From Candidatus Gastranaerophilales bacterium (GTDB lineage: Bacteria > Cyanobacteriota > Vampirovibrionia > Gastranaerophilales > Gastranaerophilaceae): a stretch of DNA of 64,000 nt. Below are positions 53,477-63,828 of this stretch, piece after piece. A program made the position numbers and the translations under genes. Each line of letters begins with the position of its first letter. Position 1 is the stretch's first letter. Where the stretch lies: assembly GCA_944323875.1 (NCBI GenBank), contig CALUUH010000008.1, positions 1,542-65,541 on the forward strand. The letters run 5' to 3'. The notes under the pieces are model-generated. The model did not search any database, was not told the origin of the DNA, and was given only the letters and a program-made list of their open reading frames with translations.

Positions 53477-53499
53477 GGCTGTACGTTATGCGTACAGCC
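53477..53499. terminator. Bidirectional terminator
   Basis: GGCTGTACG-ttatg-CGTACAGCC flanked by A- and T-rich runs. Confidence 0.7.
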
Positions 53500-53523
53500 G
53501 ATTTATATATAATAGAATAGCCA

Positions 53524-53967
53524 TTAGAATTGTACATTAAAGTAACTTTTTATACTTTCCGCAGAACAAGGAGTCTTGTCCTTCATTCTGTAACTGTTAT
53601 ATTTGCAGAAAGTTTCAACAAGTAATTTATAATGGTCAACCTGCTTTTTGTCCATTTCCAGAACAAAATCTGTTGACAATTTCGGATAATCTTCAGTATA
53701 ACCTTCTTCCAGATTATTTACCATCGGAAAAAGTGCATCACGTGTTCTAATACGTTTATTGTCGTAACTTGCACACTCGTAGTTAAAATAGTTTAAGAAA
53801 TAATATTCGTATTTCAAACCTGTACGTACGCGCTGACAAACATCATTCAAAACAGCCGCGCTGGAAGCTATAGCTTTTCTTGAAGCAACTGCGCTTTTTG
53901 CATCAATCGCAAATGCGGATGATGATAAAATTAATAAACCCAATAATAAACTAATAACTTTTTTCAT
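53524..53967 (-). CDS. Hypothetical secreted protein
   Basis: Signal peptide MKKVISLLLGLLILSSSAFA. Confidence 0.5.
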   Translation of the reverse strand: MKKVISLLLGLLILSSSAFAIDAKSAVASRKAIASSAAVLNDVCQRVRTGLKYEYYFLNYFNYECASYDNKRIRTRDALFPMVNNLEEGYTEDYPKLSTDFVLEMDKKQVDHYKLLVETFCKYNSYRMKDKTPCSAESIKSYFNVQF

Positions 53968-54009
53968 AGGTTTATGGTAACACAGATTTATGTTTTTGGC
54001 AAGTATATT

Positions 54010-55329
54010 TTAAAAAATCACGACAGCAAGCAGTGCAAAAAGGATTAATGCTATATTATAATGCAAGAATGTCGGCACGCAGGTATCCCAGATATGGTCA
54101 TGCTGACTGTCGGCATTCAAGCCTGCTGTAGGGCCGAGCGTTGTATCAGAAGCCGGAGAACCCGCATCCCCGAGGGCCGCAGCAGCAGCCAGTACTATGA
54201 CAGTTGCCGGCAAGCTGAACCCTAATTTTATGCAAATAGGCACAAAAAGCACAGCAAGAATCGGAATTGTACCAAATGAAGTACCAATACCGATTGTTAT
54301 AAAAAGTCCTATTAAAAGCATAATTGCAGCGGCTATAATTTTATTACCCAACATAAGCGGTACAAAAGCATTAACAAGTTCATCAATTCCGCCTGTCGAA
54401 TTTAAAACCATTGCAAAACCGGCCGCTACCAGCATGACAAAAGCTACATAGCCCATAAGTCCGACACCTTCGTTAATAACCTTATCCATCTTATCATGGT
54501 CTATAGCCTGTGCCCCAAATATCACGCAAAGTCCGACAAGCGCTCCGAGCGGCAGTGAACCTGTCCACAACTGAACACCAAGTGTTGCAAATGCCGCAAA
54601 AAGGGTTATGTAATGGTTTCTGTTGAAGCGTATAGAACGTTTTTGAGCCTCAACTATACCTGTATTAATTTTCAAATCTTTATATTCACGCGGTTTTCGA
54701 TACGAGATAAATATTGCGATAAATAGCGCAATAACCATTGCAAGTCCCAGAAACCAGGTATATTTCCAAACCTCAAGCTTTTGAACAGCAACACCGTTCA
54801 TAGAGAGATTATCGGCCAGAAGCCCCTGAAAAATAAGTCCAAACCCTGCCGGTATTGCAATATAAGGCGCTTTTAGTCCAAATGCAAGAGCGCAAGCAAC
54901 GGCTCTTCTGTCAATTTTTAGTCTGTTCATCACATGCAGCAGCGGAGGTATGATTATCGGGATAAAAGCAATATGTACAGGAATTAAGTTCTGAGACATA
55001 ACAGCCATAATCGTAATTATCCCGATAAGCAGCAAGGCATTACTCTTTATTAAAAGAGAAATTCTTTTTGATAAAACAAAGGCCAGTCCTGTATGAGTCA
55101 TTGCAGCCGCAAAAGCGCCTAGCAATATATAACTCAATGCAGTTTCTGAATTTCCGCCCATGCCTGTAATAAATGTTGACATAATTTCATTGATAGGCAT
55201 TCCTGCAATTAATCCGGCGGCAACAGCAGAAATAAAAAGCGCAAGCAGAACATTTATTCTGCACAGGCACAAAACGCAAAGCAGTACAACCGAAACTAAT
55301 ATAGGGTTTAGTAATATATGCCAATCCAT
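54010..55329 (-). CDS. Multi-pass transporter, NhaC/YuiF-like Na+/H+ antiporter family
   Basis: 439 aa, about 11-12 hydrophobic segments. Family assignment is from overall resemblance only. Confidence 0.6.
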   Translation of the reverse strand: MDWHILLNPILVSVVLLCVLCLCRINVLLALFISAVAAGLIAGMPINEIMSTFITGMGGNSETALSYILLGAFAAAMTHTGLAFVLSKRISLLIKSNALLLIGIITIMAVMSQNLIPVHIAFIPIIIPPLLHVMNRLKIDRRAVACALAFGLKAPYIAIPAGFGLIFQGLLADNLSMNGVAVQKLEVWKYTWFLGLAMVIALFIAIFISYRKPREYKDLKINTGIVEAQKRSIRFNRNHYITLFAAFATLGVQLWTGSLPLGALVGLCVIFGAQAIDHDKMDKVINEGVGLMGYVAFVMLVAAGFAMVLNSTGGIDELVNAFVPLMLGNKIIAAAIMLLIGLFITIGIGTSFGTIPILAVLFVPICIKLGFSLPATVIVLAAAAALGDAGSPASDTTLGPTAGLNADSQHDHIWDTCVPTFLHYNIALILFALLAVVIF

Positions 55330-55455
55330 TCTTTCAACTTCCTTTTAAATCAGGCGTTACGCATATCTTATTGACTTTTGTATAATATCATAAAAACATT
55401 TACAAATCCCGCATAATATTATATAATTAATTGACGCATGATTTAGGAGTAAGAT

Positions 55456-56604
55456 ATGAAACATATTGAGCGCTGGCTTAAAAAGGGGCTGATTAATGAA
55501 GATTTAGCCTTGAAATTGGAGCAGGAAATTGACGAAGTTAATAAACAAAAATTCAAATTTGCAATGCAAATTACATTATACACTGTAGGTGTAATCCTGC
55601 TGGGAACAAGTTTAATCACCTTTATTGCAGCCAATGATTGGATTTTGGAATTATTGAGGCAAATGTATTTTTTGAAGGTTGTTTTGGTTCTTATACTTAC
55701 ACTTTTATTTTTGATTGGTGGAAATTATCTTGCATACGAGAAAAAGACATTGCCGGGACTTGGTAATTCATTAATATTTTTATCAACAATTTTAATCGGA
55801 GCAAACTATGCGCTCTTAACTCAAATTTTCAATATAGACGCGGAAGCCACAATTGTTCCTGGGCTGTGGTTTGTCAGTATTTTCCCTCTCGCATTTATTT
55901 ACAGAAGCCGGGCCATCAACTGGCTTTCCATAATACTGTTTATTTTTGCTTTTTGCTCGATTTATGAATACTGGGATTATGATTCAGGATTAATCTGGAC
56001 ATTATATATGCCGTTTATAATCGGAGCTATTCTGTACAGTTTCGGTAATTTAAACGTTATAAAAGAAAAGTATTCGGGATTTGATATAAGTTATAAACTT
56101 ACAGCATTGCTGCCAATGTATGTAACATTTTTGATTTTGATATTTTCTGCTGAGGATTCTTATTGTTCTCACAGAATAAATTATATTCTTCCTCCTGTTG
56201 TTTTGATTGTTTTTAACATTGTAAATTATATTCTTGATAAATCTAAAAATGATTTCTTAAAAATTGAGACAGTATTTATCACGGGAGTTGCGGCATTTAT
56301 GCTTGCTTTGCTTTTGCTTCCGTACGTAAGTCCTGCAGGTGTATCAATCACGGCACATATCTTTATAATTTACCTGATCTGGGCTGGATTTAGTTTCGGG
56401 TATAAATATGAAAATGTATCACTGATTAATCTTGTAAATATAATGCTTATTATTTATGTATTATCGACTTATTGCCGTTTTGGCTGGTCGTTTATGGATA
56501 AAACAATATTTTTCTTTATCGGCGGCGTTGTGCTTATTTCAATGGGATTATTCCTTGAAAAGTATAAGCGTTTCGCGCTGAAAAAGTCAGAGGAGGATGT
56601 ATAA
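55456..56604 (+). CDS. DUF2157-like integral membrane protein
   Basis: A soluble N-terminal helix (IERWLKKGLINEDLALKL) is followed by more than 10 TM segments. Paired with a GDYXXLXY gene. Confidence 0.6.
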   Translation: MKHIERWLKKGLINEDLALKLEQEIDEVNKQKFKFAMQITLYTVGVILLGTSLITFIAANDWILELLRQMYFLKVVLVLILTLLFLIGGNYLAYEKKTLPGLGNSLIFLSTILIGANYALLTQIFNIDAEATIVPGLWFVSIFPLAFIYRSRAINWLSIILFIFAFCSIYEYWDYDSGLIWTLYMPFIIGAILYSFGNLNVIKEKYSGFDISYKLTALLPMYVTFLILIFSAEDSYCSHRINYILPPVVLIVFNIVNYILDKSKNDFLKIETVFITGVAAFMLALLLLPYVSPAGVSITAHIFIIYLIWAGFSFGYKYENVSLINLVNIMLIIYVLSTYCRFGWSFMDKTIFFFIGGVVLISMGLFLEKYKRFALKKSEEDV

Positions 56605-57113
56605 TGAAAAAGACCGTATATATTATTGCCGCTGTCTGGACTCTTATAACGTTCGGTATTTTCGTGTATAATGAAATGCACTTTATTAAAGGTAAAGAGG
56701 TTATTCTAAAAGTTGTTCCGTATGACCCGCGAGACTTTTTGCGCGGCGATTATGTTACTTTGAATTATGAAATAAACAATATTGAATTTCACGGGAAGAA
56801 AATTCCAAAGGTCAATTCTGAAAAACCGGTCTATGTTATTTTAGAAAAAGACTCTAAAGGAGTTGCATCTGCTGTTGATATAACCGACCAAAAACCGGAA
56901 AATGAATTATATATTAAAGGTAATCTCTACAGTATGAGACAACATAAAGAAAAAACCGCATATCGCATACATTATGCTAATATCGATCGCTTTTATATGA
57001 AAGAAGGTACAGGCAAAAAATTAGAAAAAGATTTGCAAAAAAATGGCGGATATGTAAAAGTCTTTATCTCCTCCGGCGGAAATGCACGGATTAAAGAAAT
57101 AATTCAAAAATAA
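56604..57113 (+). CDS. GDYXXLXY domain-containing protein
   Basis: PRDFLRGDYVTLNYEI contains the name-giving motif. N-terminal TM. 1-nt overlap with the upstream gene. Confidence 0.8.
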   Translation: MKKTVYIIAAVWTLITFGIFVYNEMHFIKGKEVILKVVPYDPRDFLRGDYVTLNYEINNIEFHGKKIPKVNSEKPVYVILEKDSKGVASAVDITDQKPENELYIKGNLYSMRQHKEKTAYRIHYANIDRFYMKEGTGKKLEKDLQKNGGYVKVFISSGGNARIKEIIQK

Positions 57114-57124
57114 ACATTTATTTA

Positions 57125-57151
57125 AAAAGCCTCTGAATTTCAGAGGCTTTT
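57125..57151. terminator. Bidirectional terminator
   Basis: AAAAGCCTCTGA-attt-CAGAGGCTTTT. Confidence 0.85.
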
Positions 57152-57153
57152 AA

Positions 57154-58170
57154 TTATTTAAGTATAAAATGATAAATCGAATAGTAAATAATAGAGGACA
57201 AAATCATGCATGCCGGTATTGTAAGCACCCAGGCAATTACGATATTACCGACGATACGCCATTTAACTGCATGCGCATGCAGAGTTGAGCCGACCCCCAT
57301 AATAGATGTAGAGATAACGTGCGTTGTACTCAGCGGAATACCGAAATGCGAAGCTGTCAAAATTAATGCCGCAGCAGATGTTTCAGCCGCAAAGCCGTGA
57401 ATTGGTTTCAATCTTATAATCTTATGTCCCATTGTTTTAATTATTTTCCAGCCGCCATTCATCGTGCCGGCAGCCATTGTCAGAGCACAGACAATTATTA
57501 CATATATCGGGATATCAAAATCTCCGCCCGGTGCTTTATGTAATACTCCGCCGGCCAGCAATGCCAGAGTAATAATACCCATTGTTTTTTGTGCGTCGTT
57601 AGACCCGTGGCTTATTGCCATCAGGCCTGATGATATCAATTGCAGTTTTCTGAAACGTTTATTTACCTTTTGCGGATTTGCGCGGTAAAAAAGCAATACT
57701 AAAAACAGCATAAAGCTAAATCCGACAACAAAACCTAAAATAGGTGATGTAAACATCGGTATAATAACTTTTTCCATCAATGTTGTAACATGCACAACAT
57801 CAACGCCGGCTTTAACTATTGCCGCCCCGAGCAAACCGCCGATAAGTGCATGTGAAGAACTTGAAGGCAAGCCCAAATACCATGTCAGCAAATTCCACAG
57901 TACTGCAGCAAGCAATGCACAGAAAATTACGGTTAAAGTAATTAATTCGGAATTAACAATTCCTGATCCGATAGTTTTTGCAACATGTGTTCCGGTTAGA
58001 GCCCCTACAAATTCCAAACTTGCCCCGAAAAGAACAGCCTGTTTGGGAGAAAGAACTTTTGTGGAAACAACCGTCGCTATAGCATTTGCACAGTCATGGA
58101 AACCGTTTATAAATTCAAATGCAAGTGCAACTGCAATTACTGCTATCAAAATTAAAATAGTAATCGACAT
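57154..58170 (-). CDS. Inorganic phosphate transporter, PiT family
   Basis: FEFINGFHDCANAIATVV and HGSNDAQKTMGII duplicated signature. Confidence 0.9.
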   Translation of the reverse strand: MSITILILIAVIAVALAFEFINGFHDCANAIATVVSTKVLSPKQAVLFGASLEFVGALTGTHVAKTIGSGIVNSELITLTVIFCALLAAVLWNLLTWYLGLPSSSSHALIGGLLGAAIVKAGVDVVHVTTLMEKVIIPMFTSPILGFVVGFSFMLFLVLLFYRANPQKVNKRFRKLQLISSGLMAISHGSNDAQKTMGIITLALLAGGVLHKAPGGDFDIPIYVIIVCALTMAAGTMNGGWKIIKTMGHKIIRLKPIHGFAAETSAAALILTASHFGIPLSTTHVISTSIMGVGSTLHAHAVKWRIVGNIVIAWVLTIPACMILSSIIYYSIYHFILK

Positions 58171-58179
58171 AAAATACTC

Positions 58180-58821
58180 CTAACTCTGTTTTAATACGAC
58201 ATTCAAAATCGCATCTGATACATTAAAGCAAGCATCAAGAGCATTTTCGATTTCTTTATACATATCTCTGAGTTTTATAACAGTCAGTGCATCGTATTTG
58301 CCAGAGAACAAGTCACTCATAGCTTTGTAGTGAACTTCGTCCCCATGAGACTCCAGTTCTTTCATAGCTATATTTGCCTGAGTAATTTCTTCTACGTCGC
58401 TGACTTTTTTAAATTTTGTCAATATAATAGAAAGCTGTTCGGTCGCTTTAACCAAAGTTAAAGCTTGTTCTTTCATTTCTTCGGTATATTCAGACAGTCT
58501 GTATACCTCCAAATTTAAACAAGCTTTAATAATTCTTTTATTAATTTTTCTCAGTTGTACCGCTATATATTGGATATCTTCACGCTCCAGAGGAGTAATA
58601 AAGCTTTTATTTAACTGCTTCAGAGTAAGTTTAAAAGATAGTTTACTTTTCTTCTTATTTTTAAACGCTAATTCCTTCTTCTCCGGCGTAAGCCCTGTTT
58701 CCATTATCTCATTATACAAATCTGCTGACTTTTTACATATCTCCGCGCTATCCTGAAATAATGTGAAAAACATCTTATCTTCAGGCGGCATAATATATGA
58801 CATTAAATTAAATTTTGACAT
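58180..58821 (-). CDS. DUF47 / PhoU-like phosphate-transport regulator partner of PiT
   Basis: Start at the ATG at 58821 (RBS GGAGG). All-helical, with HGDEV...ALD motifs. Conserved pairing with PiT. Confidence 0.75.
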   Translation of the reverse strand: MSKFNLMSYIMPPEDKMFFTLFQDSAEICKKSADLYNEIMETGLTPEKKELAFKNKKKSKLSFKLTLKQLNKSFITPLEREDIQYIAVQLRKINKRIIKACLNLEVYRLSEYTEEMKEQALTLVKATEQLSIILTKFKKVSDVEEITQANIAMKELESHGDEVHYKAMSDLFSGKYDALTVIKLRDMYKEIENALDACFNVSDAILNVVLKQS

Positions 58822-58925
58822 ATTGACCTCCGTATTCACACACAAACAGTCTAGCAAAAAAATATTACTTTGTATTTATTCTGTTCACAAATTTTAATAT
58901 TTATATTACTATGTAGTAGGAGGTA

Positions 58926-59903
58926 GTGAAATTGAATAAATTATATTTGCAGTTCAGAGGTTTTTGTGCGAAAAGTAGTAAATACCTGTTCTCTCAACTC
59001 ACCAGAGATAAACTAAGATTCAAATGGAATTATGTTGAGTGGTACGGATTTTATAATTTTTTAAGGTATGCAGCTAAATGTTACCTCAACAGTCTGCGGC
59101 CACAAAAATATGAAATTAATCTGGCAATAACTGCAATAGCAAAAAATGAAGCCCCTTATATCAGAGAATGGATTGAGTTTCACCGGCTGGTCGGGGTTGA
59201 AAAATTTTTCATTTATGACAACGAAAGCACCGATAATCTTAAAGAAGTTCTAAAGCCGTACATAGAGTCAGGTATAGTTGAATATACATATTTCCCGGGC
59301 AGATGCCGACAGTTTCCTGCATACCGTGACTCTATTGCCAGAAATGCAAACAGGGTTAAATTTATGGCGATTATTGATTGTGATGAGTTTATCACACCGA
59401 TTAAGCACAACACAATACCGGAATTTATAGAATATCTTGAAAAAAAGATTAAGCATAGAATTGATGCCGTCGGTATAAATTGGATTATGCACGGATATAA
59501 CGGCCACTACGATAAGCAAGAAGGTCTGGTTTGCGAAAATTATTCCAAATGTGATTTTAATACCGGTGCGAACCAACACATAAAGTCAATTGTCAGACTG
59601 AGAAGCGTAATCACTAATTCGCATCCGCATTTTTGTATCTATAAAAATTTTGCCAAAATCGTCAACGCAAACGGCGAGGATATGTACGGCCCTTTTTGCC
59701 ATCCTTATATAGAAGATATTCGAATAAATCATTACTGGTCAAAATCTTATAGTGAATTGCTGCAAAAAATTGACAGAGGAATGGCTGATAACAATAATAA
59801 ATATCCGGAAGTTCCGTATGAGCCGAACTATCTTTCGATAGATGAAGATCATTCAATGGATAGATTTATTCCGATTTTGAAAGAAAAACTAAAGATTAAT
59901 TAA
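58926..59903 (+). CDS. Glycosyltransferase (GT92/GT2-like, DUF23-type)
   Basis: GTG start after AGGAGG. AIAKNEAPYIREWIEFHRLVGVEKFFIYDNESTD and IDCDEF (DxD). Confidence 0.7.
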   Translation: MKLNKLYLQFRGFCAKSSKYLFSQLTRDKLRFKWNYVEWYGFYNFLRYAAKCYLNSLRPQKYEINLAITAIAKNEAPYIREWIEFHRLVGVEKFFIYDNESTDNLKEVLKPYIESGIVEYTYFPGRCRQFPAYRDSIARNANRVKFMAIIDCDEFITPIKHNTIPEFIEYLEKKIKHRIDAVGINWIMHGYNGHYDKQEGLVCENYSKCDFNTGANQHIKSIVRLRSVITNSHPHFCIYKNFAKIVNANGEDMYGPFCHPYIEDIRINHYWSKSYSELLQKIDRGMADNNNKYPEVPYEPNYLSIDEDHSMDRFIPILKEKLKIN

Positions 59904-60342
59904 ACACATTCACAACTGACAAAAGAATTTTTAAATCTTCATCCAGCATACTGTATTCAGAATCAGGAATAACTATTTTTTGTGCCTGAAAATCCTGCAA
60001 AAATCCGGCTTTCATACTGTCTTCATCAGGATAACTCGCAATAAACATATAAAAGTCTTTCAGCTGCTTGATATATTTCTGATTAACCTCTTTATTCTGA
60101 GCATTATCTGCACTATATTTCTTCTCTAAATCCAAAATCTGTGAATAGACCGTCTGACCTTTGTTAAGTTTTGAACTTATATAATCCAATTTTAAAGATG
60201 CATGATGCTGTGAAAGACGTCCTATCGGGCTGTTTACCACCCCGCGGATAAGACTTTCATCATCTTGTTGCATCTTATTTTCTACGGCCAGCGTCATTAC
60301 AGGTATGCACATAATCAATAACGCAACTATTATTCTTTTCAT
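59896..60342 (-). CDS. Hypothetical secreted protein
   Basis: Signal peptide MKRIIVALLIMCIPVMTLAV. Confidence 0.5.
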   Translation of the reverse strand: MKRIIVALLIMCIPVMTLAVENKMQQDDESLIRGVVNSPIGRLSQHHASLKLDYISSKLNKGQTVYSQILDLEKKYSADNAQNKEVNQKYIKQLKDFYMFIASYPDEDSMKAGFLQDFQAQKIVIPDSEYSMLDEDLKILLSVVNVFN

Positions 60343-60377
60343 AAAACCCTCAACTTTTTTCTAAGTTTAGCATAAAA

Positions 60378-60833
60378 TTATTTACCGTGCAGTTTTATTA
60401 TGTTATTTTTTATATTCATATATCTCTCGCATTGCTTTACTCTGTCATAGCCAAGCATTATTCCGAGAATAAAGTCCTGTTCTGCCGTTAACTGGTTTAA
60501 TTTTGGATTAAACGTCCTCACAACATTAACACACTGAGGCGCGCCAAAATACACATTTATCTTATTATTTCCAATATCATGAATAACATAATCTATCTTT
60601 TCATTATTCAATCTTTCTTCAATCGGTTTCTTGTAAACAGCCTTTTCTGTTGTTAAAATTAAATTTCTAATCCCCTTTTTAAATTCATAAATATGGTGGT
60701 GAAACACCCGCAAATCTGCATATTCTTGTTTTAATGCCGGAGTGATTTTGGGTATTCTCGCTCCAAATGCTGGATTAGAGTTGTAATAAGGATTTATTGG
60801 TGTGTAATACGGTGTAATACTACTGATATACAT
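60378..60833 (-). CDS. Hypothetical protein, possibly DUF2023-like, with a Pro/Tyr/Asn-rich N-terminal extension
   Basis: HHHIYEFKKGIRNLILTT...YFGAPQCV...GIMLGYD resembles DUF2023 (recollection, unverified). Confidence 0.45.
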   Translation of the reverse strand: MYISSITPYYTPINPYYNSNPAFGARIPKITPALKQEYADLRVFHHHIYEFKKGIRNLILTTEKAVYKKPIEERLNNEKIDYVIHDIGNNKINVYFGAPQCVNVVRTFNPKLNQLTAEQDFILGIMLGYDRVKQCERYMNIKNNIIKLHGK

Positions 60834-60989
60834 TTATCCTCCTACTGTTAGAGATATCTAACTTTAATATGATACACATATTTTTTCTTATGTCAAGTTT
60901 ACAAAACTTCAAATAAAGATAGTTGTATTGACAAAATACTACAGGTATAGTACAATTAAACATCAATAGGATATATTTAGAGGTAGTTT

Positions 60990-61451
60990 ATGAAAAGATT
61001 AGTAACAAGTTTTTTATTAATAGCCTTTATGAGTTCACATGCAGCATTTGCAGTTGAAGCAATTTCAGATAATGAAGTTACGCCGCCAAAATGGGAAGAC
61101 TACGTACCTGAAAAATACCAGAATCCAAGGGATTTTTCTCGGGGAAAATCAATAGGTGAGCTGGTAACCGGTATTGTATTAACAGATTTAATAATCACCT
61201 CTCCTATTGGTGTTCCGATGATTGTTCATTCAACGACTAAGTTAAAAAATAAATCTTACTACGATAAAAAGATAAAATTTGAGCAGGGGTTGAAAGATGC
61301 TGAACAAATATCTGATCCTCAGGAACGAGAGGCCGCATATAAAAAATTACTCAAAGAGTGTAAAATGACTGAAGAAATGTATGAAAAACAGACACAAAAA
61401 CAGGCTAAAAAGAGAGAGAAAGAGAAAAATAAACAAGAAAACGAGTCCTAA
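60990..61451 (+). CDS. Hypothetical secreted/membrane protein with a Lys/Glu-rich tail
   Basis: Signal peptide MKRLVTSFLLIAFMSSHAAFA. A TTGACA-17-TACAAT promoter lies upstream (~60930-60958). Confidence 0.5.
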   Translation: MKRLVTSFLLIAFMSSHAAFAVEAISDNEVTPPKWEDYVPEKYQNPRDFSRGKSIGELVTGIVLTDLIITSPIGVPMIVHSTTKLKNKSYYDKKIKFEQGLKDAEQISDPQEREAAYKKLLKECKMTEEMYEKQTQKQAKKREKEKNKQENES

Positions 61452-61547
61452 TTGTAACAATTTTAATAAAAAATAACAAAATTTGTAAAAAATATGTTTT
61501 ATAACAAAACATCAATAATGTTACTTTAAAACTTGAAAGGAGGCAAC

Positions 61548-61805
61548 ATGCCAAATGTAAATCGTATTTCTATTTATATACCATCAGGTCAAGAAGTAGA
61601 AAGAGCTGCAAAACTTGCAATGGAAAACATTGACAAACAACTTCAAAAATTGCCTCCGGTAAAAAAGCCTGCAAGTGCAGCCGATAATTTCCCTGGAATA
61701 TATGATGATTCACAAGCTTTTCGGCCATTAAGGATTAAAAAATCTCTACCTTTGAATAATCTGACTGTAGATAAGGCGATAAGAACATATCGTTCAGCAG
61801 GATAA
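61548..61805 (+). CDS. Hypothetical protein
   Basis: 85 aa from the ATG with GAAAGGAGG upstream. Confidence 0.45.
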   Translation: MPNVNRISIYIPSGQEVERAAKLAMENIDKQLQKLPPVKKPASAADNFPGIYDDSQAFRPLRIKKSLPLNNLTVDKAIRTYRSAG

Positions 61806-61847
61806 GGTATTGAAAAAAGAGAGCTTTTTCATTAGACTGTAATTAAT

Positions 61848-61975
61848 TAAACTTTCTAGGGTTCCGCGATTTTATAATCGGCTGGTCCGAGAGAAAGTTC
61901 GCAGATATATTCTGTGTACACGGAAGGATAAAAGCCCGGGAGATATCAATTATCTCTCAGGCTTTTAAATTGAAA
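61848..61975 (+). promoter_or_regulatory. Guanidine-I (ykkC/yxkD) riboswitch with a terminator expression platform
   Basis: P1 ACUUUCU/AGAAAGU encloses CUAGGGUUCCG...CUGGUCCGAGAG. Then ACACGGAAGGAUAAAAGCCCGGGAGA. The 3' aptamer strand is shared with the hairpin GCCCGGGAGATA/TATCTCTCAGGC followed by TTTT. Confidence 0.85.
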
Positions 61976-61990
61976 AAAGGAGACTAAATT

Positions 61991-62308
61991 ATGCACTGGA
62001 TGATCTTATTAATTGCAGGATTTTTTGAAATAAGCTGGGCTATAGGATTAAAGTATTCTCACGGTTTTTCCCATATTATCCCCTCTGTAATCACAATAAT
62101 TTGCATGATTGCAAGTTTTTATTTTCTGGCACTTGCTCTAAAAAGTTTACCGCTCGGGACTGCATACGCAATATGGACAGGTATAGGCACTCTGGGGACG
62201 GTTATATTAGGCATTATCCTGTTTAAAGAGCCACTGACAGCAATGCGTCTTGTCTGTATAGCTCTGATTATTACAGGAATAACCGGTTTGAAACTGCTTA
62301 CGCATTAG
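61991..62308 (+). CDS. sugE: SMR-family guanidinium exporter (SugE/Gdx)
   Basis: MHWMILLIAGFFEISWAIGLKYS (conserved Glu in TM1). 105 aa, four TM segments. Downstream of the guanidine riboswitch. Confidence 0.9.
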   Translation: MHWMILLIAGFFEISWAIGLKYSHGFSHIIPSVITIICMIASFYFLALALKSLPLGTAYAIWTGIGTLGTVILGIILFKEPLTAMRLVCIALIITGITGLKLLTH

Positions 62309-62364
62309 GTTCAAAAAACTTAATAAAATAGCAAAAATTGATTAATGTCTTTTTTATTAAAAAT

Positions 62365-63828
62365 ATGATTAAACCGGTACAGTTAGCAGAAGATATAGTC
62401 AAATTAGGAGCAAAAGCCGTTCAAAAAAACGGTAGTGAAGTATTAGATGATGTAGCAGAAAATACAGAGGCGCTGCCTAAAGTTAATGGTGAATTGCTGC
62501 AATCCTATTGTGGCGTAAACACCCAAAAGTTGTTCGAAAACTTTTCTGATTTTGTATCGGAATTCAAAACTAAACTTTTAGCTTACAAAAATGATATTCC
62601 TGAGGGGCTTTACAAAAAACTTAATGAAATGAGTGATATTAAAGATTTTTCTCTGCAAAAAGCCGTCGGTGAATATTATTCCGGTCTGGAAGAATGCAAA
62701 ACTTTAGAGGAAGTTAAAAAACTTTATCCTGAAATTAAAGTTCCAAATCTTAATTTTGAAGAAGAAATAGCACAGGATATTAAAAATTTGACCTCAAAAA
62801 ATATATGTGATGAAGTTGTAAAATTAAAGACTCCGGATGAAAAGAAGCAATTACTTGATAATTATTATAAAGAAAAAATATCAAAACAGGTCGAAAAATG
62901 GGAAATATATCCTGAATTTCAGACGATACTCGACAATGTTGAACAAGAAATTATCGACGGCAAATTCACCGGCAAAATTACAATTCCTAAATACAATCAA
63001 AACTTTAACACCCGTATGCCTCTGCGTTACAGATTAATGCATACAAAAGATCGGGAATTAGCCATTATTGACATACTTAAACAACATTTTATTCAGGGCA
63101 AAGGGTTTAATGAGATAAATCTAAAAACGTTTGATGGATGTGATATAAGTGCGCAGCGCCTAAAACACACCATTTCTATCGGTGAGCTTGACAAGAATTT
63201 TAAATTATTTATAAAACTGAATGAAAGTAAGGCTGAAATGTATCAAAAGCTTGCCTCTCTTGACAGACATCAAATAAATTCCGCAATAATGACACAAACC
63301 TGGAAAAGCAGCCGGTTACGCGTCGATTTAGGCAATGAAACAGCTTACAAAAAGGATTGGAGTCTTGTTAAGCCTGTATGGCAAAAAACAATGTTTCCTG
63401 ATACAACTTTTTACCCGACAGACAAGCTTATAGATGTATATTTGCTGGGATTATTTAAAAACGGAAAAATCGTTTGTGAAAATCCTAATCCGTTGAAAAA
63501 GCATTTAGAAACACCGTTTTTGGACAAAAATCAAATAATGCTCTTGAAAAGACTCTATAAATTGTCAAAGGATTTGGATATGGATAAACAAATATTAAAA
63601 AGTGACAAATTTCAAGAGTTTAAATCTCAATTTGATCTGAATGATATGAAAAAATCTATAGAAGTTCTGGAGGAACATTACAAAAACGCATTCTTCAAAC
63701 ATTTTTGGACAGACGAAAGAAAAATGCGTTTTGCAAATGCGCTTCACAGGAACAAAGAACTCGCAAATAGAAATATAAACATTTCAGAAGATATACTTAC
63801 GAGAGCTCTGGATACGGTATTTTCTTAA
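62365..63828 (+). CDS. Hypothetical protein (all-helical, Lys/Glu/Asn-rich)
   Basis: Long ORF with no recognisable motifs. The start could be TTG at 62338 or ATG at 62365. Confidence 0.5.
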   Translation: MIKPVQLAEDIVKLGAKAVQKNGSEVLDDVAENTEALPKVNGELLQSYCGVNTQKLFENFSDFVSEFKTKLLAYKNDIPEGLYKKLNEMSDIKDFSLQKAVGEYYSGLEECKTLEEVKKLYPEIKVPNLNFEEEIAQDIKNLTSKNICDEVVKLKTPDEKKQLLDNYYKEKISKQVEKWEIYPEFQTILDNVEQEIIDGKFTGKITIPKYNQNFNTRMPLRYRLMHTKDRELAIIDILKQHFIQGKGFNEINLKTFDGCDISAQRLKHTISIGELDKNFKLFIKLNESKAEMYQKLASLDRHQINSAIMTQTWKSSRLRVDLGNETAYKKDWSLVKPVWQKTMFPDTTFYPTDKLIDVYLLGLFKNGKIVCENPNPLKKHLETPFLDKNQIMLLKRLYKLSKDLDMDKQILKSDKFQEFKSQFDLNDMKKSIEVLEEHYKNAFFKHFWTDERKMRFANALHRNKELANRNINISEDILTRALDTVFS

